From: Azolla caroliniana | Taxonomy: Eukaryota; Plantae; Polypodiophyta | DNA: 64,000 nucleotides | Reading direction: 5' to 3' | Assembly (NCBI GenBank): GCA_043228905.1 | Contig: JBHGNT010000022.1 | Span: 11,284,001 to 11,348,000 of the forward strand | Shown here: positions 1-9,307 of the stretch, one piece after another | How the letters are laid out: every line of letters begins with the position of its first letter | Position numbering within the stretch: the first letter of the stretch is position 1 | Position numbers and translations under genes: made by a program | Notes under the pieces: generated by a model | Told to the model about the DNA's origin: nothing | The model's input: only the letters and a program-made list of their open reading frames with translations | The model's database searches: none

Positions 1-63
1 TAAACATAGGATAAGAATTGTTTTTATATTTGTTTATATGTATGGACAACATTGAACAAAGTT

Positions 64-144
64 GATGAGGCGAATGAGTTAGCCTAAGACACAAGATTAA
101 GGTTCTAGTCCGAAAGGGTGTGGGTTCAAATTACAGTCACATCA
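64..144 (+). pseudogene. tRNA-Leu(AAG) pseudogene copy
   Basis: gatgagg...agattaaggttctagtccgaaagggtgtgggttcaaa...atca, 81 nt. It matches the plant Leu-AAG pattern (TTAAGGT anticodon loop, long variable arm, GGTTCAAA T-loop), but the stems and A-box are mutated. Confidence 0.75.
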
Positions 145-444
145 ACGATGCGACATTGTTAGCGTAAAATTAACGTGTAAATATTTTTGCGAGAAAATGC
201 TTGTGCTTTGTGATCCTTGCCTAAACATAAGCTAAGAACTATGGTTGTTGTATGTATTTATATATAGGCTAACACACAAGATTAAGGTTATAGTCTAAAA
301 GGGCGTAGGTTCAAACCCCATTCTCATCATCGATGCAATCATTTTTGTGAGAAATTAATGTCTATGCTTGTAGATCCTTGACTAAACATAAGCTAAAAAC
401 CAAATTTATATATGGTTCTAAACATAAGCTAAACAATTATTTAG

Positions 445-2200
445 AGACACGGACTCACCCCCCTTAATCCATTTAAATACCAAATCCTAATTAGAATCCA
501 CCATCTCAATATCCCCCTCTTGAAAATATTATTAAAAAACATGAAACCCTTCTTTTTTCTAAACTCCAACAACCTATACCCAAACCCGTTAGGACACCAC
601 TTCACCTTCGCACAACCCTCAAGAGCCTTAGGAATAACAACCAAATTATCATTCTTCCGGCTGATAAAAACATGAGAATATGTGTTCTAGACAAATATAC
701 CTATTATGAAAAAGCTATAAAACACCTTTCTGATACCACCACCTACAAAAAAGTAACCCATTTTCCGTTAGAAGAACGCTTATATCGCCTTAATAGTATG
801 TTCAAAAAAATCTAGATACACTTTCCGTTGTTGAAGCTAATTACATACTCCATAAACCCCTAAAAGGATATCAAGTATCTAATATTTATTTTCTCCCTAA
901 ACTCCATAAAACACCCATTGGCTCTAGACCCATTTGCTCTTATAATAACTCTATATACGAGCAAACCTCTAAATGGCTACATTTTCAACTTTTACCCATC
1001 CTAGTACTCCAAAAACAATACCTAAAAGACTCACACTCCCTCACCCAGAAATTAGAACAATTAACCCCCTAAATGTTTCATCTTCTCTTTTGATGTAGAA
1101 TCCCTTTATCCTAGCATCCCTCCTAAGTTAGGACTCAAAGCACTTCGCCATATCATCTCCCCCCATTTCTCCTTAGCCAAGACTAATCTTATCTATACCC
1201 TTAGCGCTCTAACCCTAGAGTATCACTACCTGACCGATAATCAAGTATACCAACAAATCAAAGGGACAATCATGGGTAGCAACTTCTAAGTATTCTATGC
1301 ATGCCTTTTCTTATCACACTTAGAAAACTCCCAAACCACACCCCATCTCTTCTATTTTACTAGGTACATAGATGATGCCTTCAAGGTTTGGACAGGTACG
1401 AAACCCCAACTCTTAGAATACCTCAGTTTCTATAGCCTTATGACCAATAACTCTATTAAACTTACGATCCATACTTCCCCCACTAGGCTCCCTTTCTTAG
1501 ATATTTAGATCAATTTAGAGAACTCTAATTTCTCTTTCAATTGTTTCCAAAAACCACTAAATTCCTATCAATATTGTCCCTTCTCTTCGGACCATCCTAT
1601 ACATTCTAAACAAATTTTTATCTCGAATGAATTAAAACACTACCTAGTTAGAGAAAGCACACCTATAGGGTACCTAGAAATGAAAAAACATTTCTTCCTT
1701 AGACTCATTAGCCGAGGTTACCCACCCCATTTCATCCTTAAGGCCTTTAAAAAACATCCTTTCTCCCTTAGGAATACCCTCATCCATAAACATAAAAACA
1801 AATTTTCCCTTACTCCTACCATATAGAGCTCATATAGAGCGAAACGTGTTTGCTAAAAGACCTTTTTCTTACATAAATTGAAATTTGAATTCTATTTTCT
1901 TTTTCTTTTTCTTTTTTATTGTAATTAGCTTACCCTAGTGGTAAGTCGTTTACATTACTAGCACTACACCTTGGGTTCAAAACCCAATTTTCTCACCTCT
2001 CTATTACATTATATATATCACTTATTTCACTAGATGTCATATGAAATGTAGGAGTTGAATCCTCTCTCTCTCTCTCTCTCTTTTCTCCTCCCCTACTATT
2101 CTCTTTTATACTATTCTTAAGGTATCATACTATTTAACCTAACTATTCAACCGCTGAAGGTTATACACTCGCACTCCTTGCTTAGGCCATAAGGCCAGCG
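445..2200 (+). mobile_element. Penelope-like retroelement (PLE1), degenerate RT, with 3' pseudo-LTR region
   Basis: Manual translation gives PLE RT motifs in order: IIILPADKN (~645-670), YFLPKLHKTPIGSRPICS (~887-940), FDVESLYPSIP (~1089-1120), YQQIKGTIMGS, RYIDDAF (~1362-1382), PFLD, QKPLNSYQYCPFSSDHP, RLISRGYP. Several stops and frameshifts. Confidence 0.88.
1826..1862 (+). ncRNA. Hammerhead ribozyme remnant (3' half) in PLE1
   Basis: GA-GCTC-atata-GAGC-GAAAC-GT-GTT-TGC-taaaagacc is homologous to the intact copy at 2469-2523. The CUGA core was removed by a deletion that also truncates the ORF after TPTI. Confidence 0.65.
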
Positions 2201-2468
2201 ACTATTAAAAATTAATGTGTAAACATTTTTGTGAGAAAAATGCTTGTGCTTGTGATCCTTACCTAAACATAAGCTAAGAAGTTAGAACTATGATTGTTAT
2301 ATATATTTATATATTAAAACCCAATCTTACTAGGACCAAATGGTCGAAACAAGGAGTGCGTAGGGATAGGCACATGGCGATTAGAGGGTGCTTAAGCTAA
2401 ACAAGAGAAAGTAGACAACATACACTAATGAGAGAGAGAGAGAGATGTTTTTAATTCAAAGAGGGTGG

Positions 2469-2523
2469 TGGTCTTAGGCAAACTAGTTTCGCTCAATAGT
2501 GGAGCTCTTCAGTGCAAAGACCA
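2469..2523 (-). ncRNA. Type I minimal hammerhead ribozyme
   Basis: Minus strand reads UGGUCUU-U-GCA CUGAAGA GCUC cacuauu GAGC GAAAC UA GUU^ UGC-CU-AAGACCA. It has the full catalytic core, a 4-bp stem II, a palindromic ACUAGU stem III and a bulged stem I. Predicted cleavage is between 2481 and 2480. Confidence 0.85.
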
Positions 2524-2632
2524 TTACAACAAGAGAATGTGATTTATAAAGGGGTGGGAAGGAAGAGGGAGTGAGAGAAAAGGAGTGGGGAGGATTTGAT
2601 TTGTGTCGTAGATGAGAGAGAATAGAATGTAG

Positions 2633-2669
<37 letters not shown>

Positions 2670-2771
2670 GTGTGTAGGAAAGTGATAGGGAATGTGAGAG
2701 GGGGAATTAGTATAATGATGATGGTGAGGGGGAGTTTTTAATGTGATGAAAAAGGGGGATTTAGGATAATA

Positions 2772-2971
2772 TTAAGTGGGGGATGTGGGTGAATTATTTG
2801 AAAACTTAGTGTTAAGTGGGGGATTTGGGTGGATTGTTTGAAACTTTAGTCTTAAGTGGGGGATTTGGGTGGATTGTTTGAAAATTTAGTCTTAAGTGGG
2901 GGATTTTGGTGGATTGTTTGAAAACTTAGTTTTAAGTGGGGGATTTTGGTGGATTTTTTGAAAACTTAATC
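2772..2971. repeat. 40-bp tandem repeat x5 at the PLE2 ORF end
   Basis: Unit ttaagtgggggatttgggtggattgtttgaaaacttagtc at 2772, 2812, 2852, 2892 and 2932. The last unit encodes the ORF C-terminus and stop. Confidence 0.92.
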
Positions 2972-3707
2972 TTAACTAGGAGGGCATGTAAGGACTTAGA
3001 TTTTGTCCAACATACGAAAGGGCGTGAGATGCTTGTAAGCTCGGGATCTAACATTAAGTCATTATAGAGATTTTTTAGAAAACTATGAATGCCTAGTTTT
3101 GGGGTATCTTTGGTGTATCTAAGTTTAAAGATTGTGGGGTTAAGGGAAGTAGTAGTTTTGGGTTGATATAGGAGTGTTTTTCTAAGACTAAAAGGTATTT
3201 TCTTATAGCTTTTTAGTATAAAGGACGGAGGGTAACCATGGTTAATTAGTCTATTGAAAAAGAGTTTTTTCATTTGGTAGAAACCTAATGGGGTGCTTTC
3301 TCTAATGAGATATCTCTTCACTTCATTAGTGATAAATTGTTGTTTCGTATGGGAAGGATGATCCGATGAAAAAGGCAAGTATTGGTATGAATTGAGAGGT
3401 TTTTGAAAACAATTGAATAAGAAAGATGAATTTTCGAGGTTGATCCATATGTCTAAAAAAGGTAGCCGAAAGGGGGAAGTTTGAATGGTAAGCTTGATGG
3501 AGTTATTTGTGTGTAAAGGGTAAAAGTCGAGATATTCTAAAAGTTGAGATTTGGCACTCCTTGTATTGACCTCACGGTCTAGAACTCACAAATCATTGAT
3601 GCATGACATTATTAATGTAAAAATAACATGTCACATTACACATAAGCTAAGAACAATCATTGCTATGCCATGTCGAATATTCTAGTTTGATGCACCATCT
3701 AAAACTT

Positions 3708-3788
3708 GATGAGGTGGCCGAGTTTACCTATGGCACTAGGTTAATGTTCTAGTCCAAAAGGGTGTGGGTTCAAATACAACCCTCATAA
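3708..3788 (+). pseudogene. tRNA-Leu(AAG) pseudogene copy
   Basis: gatgaggtggccgagtttacctatggcactaggttaatgttctagtccaaaagggtgtgggttcaaatacaaccctcataa. The acceptor stem GATGAGG/CCTCAT is largely kept; the anticodon and D-arm are mutated. Confidence 0.75.
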
Positions 3789-4003
3789 TCCATGCAAGAC
3801 AATGTTATTAGCGTAAAATTAACAAGTAATGGTTTTTGTTAAATTCCTATGTGGTTCCTTATTAATTATAATTAAAACATAGGACAAAGATTAAATTTAT
3901 GAGGTGGTTGTGTTGGTCCAAGGCACTAGATTAAGGTTCTAGTGCTTTAATCTAGAATTATTTGATCATGTGGTTGTATTGGTCTAAGGGACTAATATGA
4001 AAA

Positions 4004-6878
4004 TGTTGCGAATTGAGGCCGTCAGTGCGGAAACATAAACAACACCTTGCTATGAAGATCACTGAGTGTGCAAGTGAGAGCAAGATCTCAAAACAGAATG
4101 TGAGAGAGAGACAGAGACAAAGAGGCACGCAATGTAACACTTTTATTCATAATAGTTACAACAATGGAGGCATCAGCTCTCTAGCAATAGCAACAACCAA
4201 CCTTATGAACTAGGTTACAAAGCTTGTTATGTACTAACTAGGCTAGGGCAACTGCCCTTTGACAAATTTACAAAGATGTCCTAAACCTAGACAGTTTGAA
4301 GGAACAATGTGAATACAACCATTGGAGACCCGTTGTGGTGTCGATCTCGGCGTACGAGAGCAAACGAAAAGAAAGTTGTGAATTTGGGAAGTAAGAATCG
4401 GGCTTCTTGTCAAAGAAAGAGGAGAAACGAAATAGCTTGTATTGATATTTCCAAGATGATTACAATAGTATATCTTGTCTATCTGGTTTTACAATAGCAT
4501 TCGACATCTATCGTTATTCCCCCCTTGATAAGTTTACTCTTCCCCTTTTTATACGTGAGGAAGGTGGGTGCATGAGTGCCAAGTGTCACCCATGCATGAA
4601 AAAGTGGGTGCATGAATGACAAGTGTTACCCAATGTATTAGAAAGGTGGATGCATGAGTGCGAAGTGTCACCCATGCATAAGAGACACCTACATTATTGG
4701 GTAATAGCTTTAATAGCTAAAATACTTGATAAAAATGTACTTTGAATAAGTATTTAGCTTAATAAGTGGGTAATAGCTTCAATAGCTCTAATAGTTTTAA
4801 TAGCTCTAATAGCTTTAATAGCTTAAATAACTCTAATAGTTTTAATAGCTTTAATAGCTTTAATAGCTCTAATAGTTGATAGTGATAATAACAAGTGTGT
4901 TGATAATAGGTATTTAGCTTTAAAATATTTTACTCGATATTATGTTTTATCAGAGATTTTACTATCTATTATCATCCTATGGTGAATGTTCTTATCAAGT
5001 TATTAGCTATCGCTTAGCTAAATAACCATTTACAAAGCTTTGAATTAGTTCATATAATTTGGTAGAGGTTATTTTCTCATCGTGGCATGAAAATGTCACG
5101 ACATCCTCCCCCTCTAGACCTGCGCATCCTCCAGCATGCGCCAACGAACATCTCCTTCTTCAGGTTCATGGATGTCATCTTTGTTGAGGAAATTAGTGAC
5201 GATATAGATGTTCGCTGAAACGTATGAGGACCTGTCTTCTCTTACTTAGAAAACAACACTGAAGGAAGGCAAGAGAACAAACAAATGATGGACATGGTTT
5301 AAGCTTTGATGGAAGCTTTATTATGTTCTCTTTTTCTTTTAGAAACTCATTGTACAAGATGATCAAGAAGCTATTTCTTACAACGTTAGGTTATCGCTTA
5401 TATACTAAGCCCTAACTCTTTGGACGAGTTCACGCTAGGATACAAAGTGGAAGGAGTCGGCCTTTTATGCCAACAATTAGCGCTTTGATCTTCCCTTTTC
5501 TTGAATAGCTTAATTCACTTTCCTTTAATTAGCAACCTTAAAGCAACTCCATCCATTTTTGTTAGGAAATAAGTTGCATTTTTATTGACTTGTCTAATGA
5601 CATATGGTCTGAACCATCTTTTGGCGAACTTACGAGAAGTACTATGTTGGTTATCCAAGTTGTTATCGTATACTATGACCCAATCATCTTCTTGGAGCTT
5701 TCTTGGTCGAAGGCGATGAGTTTTATCAAATCTTTCTTTGTTCCATAGTCGACATTGTTTCATCCTTTCTATAGTTATTTGAACATCTTCATCCCTTCTT
5801 TCTAGTTGTCTTATTCTGAGAGAAAGCAAATATTCTCGACTCATTTCATCTTCCCATGGCAAGGCAACCCATGAAAATACTGATTACTCTACTATCATAA
5901 TTGGCTTTTGACCAAATATCAATTCTGATGGCATAAAGCCAATCATGGAAATGTGAGTAGTGCGGTCAACCCATAGTGCATACGGTAACAGATGAGGCCA
6001 ACTAGCTGTCTTGCCATCACAAGCTTTCACCAAAGCTTTTACTATAGGTCCATGTCCACGCTCAACCTTCCCATTAGCTTCAGTAAGTTGCCGATTCGAT
6101 TTGGAATGTCACTTTCAAGATACTGATCATAGATTATGTGCCGATTATTTAGGTTGATCCTACTTTAGGTGACTTCAACAATGACAAGGACAGAGCCGTC
6201 TAGTCCTCCCAAATGTCGTTCAGCTGAATGAAGCACGAATCGGGGTTGTTCCATGGAGTTGGATCTACTTTGAGATGTTACCACAAGCAAATAGATTGTG
6301 TCTAACCTGGTAAAGCGTGATCTCGAAGGGCGATTTGATGGAGATTCCACTCCTAACGGCTCCAATCACAAAAGCAAGGTACAACTAATTGTCTTACCTT
6401 AACAGTGATCTAGTGAAGTAGAGTGTGAATCTTCAAGTTCTTCAGGATAGACGAAGCAAGAATGTTGTCAAAGAGATGGGATCTTGAACTCAAGTTCTTC
6501 AAGAGAGACGAAGCGAGAATGTTGTCGAAGGCTGATGACGGTTGGCAGTGAGTTGAAGAACCTCCGTTCTGATACCAGATATTGCCAACTAAGGCCGTTA
6601 GTGAGGAAACATAAATAACACCTTGCTATGAAGATCACCAAGTGTGCAAGTGAGAACAAGATCTCAAAACATAATGTGAGAGAGATAGATAGAGAAGCAC
6701 ACTATGTAACGATTTTATTTAGAATAGTTACAACAATGGAGGTGACAACTCTCTAGCAATAGCAACAACCAACCTTATGAACTAGGTTACAAAGCCCGTT
6801 ATATACTAAATGGGCTAGGGCAATTGCCCTTTGACATATTTACAAAGATGTCATAAACCTAGACAGTCTGAAGGAACA
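4004..6878 (-). mobile_element. Degenerate LTR retrotransposon with ~300-bp LTRs and tRNA-iMet PBS
   Basis: Direct repeats at 4004-4306 and 6580-6878. The PBS is tggtatcagaac on the minus strand at 6566-6577. It interrupts a tRNA-Leu pseudogene. No clean TSD or PPT. Confidence 0.75.
4334..6085 (-). mobile_element. Gypsy-type fragment (integrase C-terminus, PPT and LTR) nested in the above
   Basis: ORF 5515-5862 (KFAKRWFRPYVI, GPY/F-like) with an upstream ANGKVER/LWVDRT-like frame. PPT at 5104-5117. LTR TG..CA at 4334-5103 with internal aatagcttt and gtgcatgagtgccaagtgtcaccc repeats. Confidence 0.7.
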
Positions 6879-7507
6879 GTAATGGCCATATTCGATAGAA
6901 AGGGCATGGGTTCAAATCCCACCCTTCTCATTGATGCATGACAATGTTAGTGTAAAATCACAACTAACGTATACAAAGTGTAGGGTTCTAGTCCATGAGC
7001 ACATGGGTTCAAATTCCACTCTCACCATTGAGCCATGGCAATGTTAGTGTAAAATTAATAAGTAGTGTGTGAACATGGTGACTAGAAAATGCCTATGTAG
7101 CTAATCATAGCCTAAACACATGCTAAGCATGCCTAAGCTTTTCAATTCTAATTAAGAATGTATATAAGCTAAGAACAATGTATATAAAAACCGCGGTTTA
7201 ACGGTTTTTTTTTTATTTTAAAAAATTGTAAAAAATTAAAAAATTGTTTTTAAACAGTCTTTTCATTTTTAGACATTATTCTCACATTTTAGGAACATCT
7301 TAAAAATTTTAGGAACAGTCTTTTGCACTGTGAGTACGAACAACATGAATGATAGACAGAAACACATGCTGATGTAACGCGACAGTGAGCAGCAGGAGCA
7401 GACCAAAAAACAGAAACAGAAACAGAAACAGAGAAGGGGATTGAAGATATGGAAAAACGAAGGATGAAGAGAATGTTGCGCAGATCACTGTAGACGAAGA
7501 GGAAGCG

Positions 7508-9307
7508 ATGGCTGACACGGTACACCAGGGGAACTCTCACGCAGCGCCCCCGACAACTCCTCCACGGTCGGCCTTCACTGTCGTCTTCACACCGGAAGAA
7601 GAAGAGATATTGAAAAGAGAGGTAAGTCGTCTACATTCCTACTCAATAGTGTGTAGGATTATAGGTTTAAGGCCAAATAGAGGAGATTTGAGAGATCTCC
7701 TACAAGCGGCTTTCCAACATAGGATCGGAAAAATCGTCGATGTGCAATTTCTTGGACATGCTTTCTATCATTTAGAATTGGATACCGCTGAATCCGTTGT
7801 GGTAATGTTGAATGCAAATACGATTAACATTCGAAATGCAATAGCTTGTTTTATGCCGTGGAAACCGGGCTTTGATCCCGTCGAAATGTTGAATTCGGGG
7901 CATCGTTTGACCCCGATTTCCGTGGTTTTCCCGAGAATCCCTAAGGAATACATGGCTGTACTCCCATCAATTGCAGCAAGAATCGGCACGATTCTTCCTC
8001 CTCGAGAGGAGACAATAGGAATGAAATTAACGGGATACCCATCAATTCGAATACTAGTTTCCTCAATAGAAAATTTACCTACTCAGGTACTTTTACCATC
8101 GCTTACCGGGAACTCGACATTCATGCAAAAATTGGAGTATATAGGTATGCCTGGACAATGCTTTTATTGTAAACAGCAAGGCCATGTTTTGAAAGATTGC
8201 CCAAAAAAGAAGAACGGGGTTAGACCCCAGAATGGTACAAATAACGTGTATACAGACGTTAACCATGTTAATCTGGATAAGAAGCAACAATCTCATTTAG
8301 GTGGAGGAAGAGGAAAGGGGAACAATGTTCAGCCATCCAAGGATGAAAAAGGGAAAAATATCCAAACATTCGAGGATGAGATATGGAAACCAATTGAAAA
8401 ACGGCACTCAATACCCAATAAATGCATTGAATCTAAGGGTGCTCACGTAAGTATAGGCCGTTATGATGCCATACAGGAACTAGATAACTCTTTGTCTCAA
8501 AATGATGTTCAGATATGCCAAATTAGTAATGTTTCTGAACAATCTACTCCTAATAGACAAGGGACTGAATCAGTTAATAATCTTGTTATGGCCACTCAGA
8601 GCAAAACAATGGAATCAAGTAAACAACATTTGAACTTGAGTAATGTATCGCGAAACCTTCACAGATCTACAAAACGTTCGTCTAGCTTGAGAGGGTTAAA
8701 TGCAAACTTCATTCGCACAATCCCGATAAATTCTCAAGTAGAAAGTACTAGTGATTTTGCAATCAATCGATGGAATGCCACATATGGGTTTGAGTTTTTG
8801 AAATTTTTGGGAGACATAGTTGATAATGGCAGTGCATCAATACGTGTTCATGTTCTTTTCAAGACTATGCAATCTTTTGTAGGATTTTCTTTCCCTTTTT
8901 GTGGATATGATAAACAAACATGGGTGGCAGCGGATGTTAGATTGGTTATTAGACAACAAACACTACACTTCGCAAAATATGTTAATTGTGACAATTTTGG
9001 GGAAGTATTATTAAGGGGACTAGAGGCAGCAACTATACAACTCTTGCCAGTGTCTGATGTGATGGGGCGAAGGCAAGTGGTGGTATCCTTAGATGCTGAG
9101 ATCCTTCCAAATTGTGGATATACCTATATCCATGAAGATGGACTATCGGAAGGTCAAATATTGGCTAAAGCTCATCATCATTATAGAATGGTACGCGATA
9201 CGATACCTTTACAATCGAAAAGTGGTGAACAAGATGGTAGTGAGGCCAATCTTGAGCCGTTAGCGAGAAACATGAAAATGGCATCACAGCAACCTAAGTT
9301 CCCTTAA
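7508..9307 (+). CDS. L1 ORF1p (DUF4283/RRM-like region + CCHC zinc knuckle + extra C-terminal domain)
   Basis: 599 aa; CFYCKQQGHVLKDC knuckle; N-terminal region typical of plant L1 ORF1. Confidence 0.9.
   Translation: MADTVHQGNSHAAPPTTPPRSAFTVVFTPEEEEILKREVSRLHSYSIVCRIIGLRPNRGDLRDLLQAAFQHRIGKIVDVQFLGHAFYHLELDTAESVVVMLNANTINIRNAIACFMPWKPGFDPVEMLNSGHRLTPISVVFPRIPKEYMAVLPSIAARIGTILPPREETIGMKLTGYPSIRILVSSIENLPTQVLLPSLTGNSTFMQKLEYIGMPGQCFYCKQQGHVLKDCPKKKNGVRPQNGTNNVYTDVNHVNLDKKQQSHLGGGRGKGNNVQPSKDEKGKNIQTFEDEIWKPIEKRHSIPNKCIESKGAHVSIGRYDAIQELDNSLSQNDVQICQISNVSEQSTPNRQGTESVNNLVMATQSKTMESSKQHLNLSNVSRNLHRSTKRSSSLRGLNANFIRTIPINSQVESTSDFAINRWNATYGFEFLKFLGDIVDNGSASIRVHVLFKTMQSFVGFSFPFCGYDKQTWVAADVRLVIRQQTLHFAKYVNCDNFGEVLLRGLEAATIQLLPVSDVMGRRQVVVSLDAEILPNCGYTYIHEDGLSEGQILAKAHHHYRMVRDTIPLQSKSGEQDGSEANLEPLARNMKMASQQPKFP

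Larger units (their letters stand above)
2330..3582 (-). mobile_element. Penelope-like retroelement (PLE2), 5'-truncated, with hammerhead-bearing 3' region and short inverted terminal motif
   Basis: Open frame 3550->2932 reads LPFLDIWI..FQKPLNSYQYLPFSSDHP..RLINHGYP..FKLRY..CWTKSKSLHALLV and is colinear with PLE1. Ends carry inverted copies of gcactccttgt(t/a)t(c/t)gacc....ggtc (2335-2359 and 3554-3579). Confidence 0.88.
1..7180 (+). repeat. Decayed tandem array of ~200-250 bp units, each headed by a tRNA-Leu(AAG) pseudogene; interrupted by PLEs and an LTR element
   Basis: Same-orientation tRNA-like blocks at 64-144, ~268-329, 3708-3788, 3898-3943, 3964-4003 (resuming ~6897-6930) and ~6982-7028. 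They are followed by a shared flank, roughly cgatgcatgacaatgttagcgtaaaattaac...atgcttgtg...atccttgcctaaacatagctaagaa, which is also seen at 2204-2315. The array probably continues left of the window. Confidence 0.8.

Noticed and set aside
2326-2360. Second hammerhead on the + strand (gacc-aaat-ggtc-gaaac)
   Set aside because: The CUGANGA core is missing (cttactag) and there is no stem III or cleavage triplet. Treated as the PLE terminal motif instead.
64-7028. Functional tRNA-Leu genes or a CRISPR-like array
   Set aside because: Every copy has broken stems or boxes. The spacers are homologous to each other, the context is eukaryotic and no cas genes are present.
7289-7540. Antisense ORF0-like peptide in the L1 5' UTR
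   Set aside because: No ATG start; the hydrophobicity comes from the aacaga repeat.
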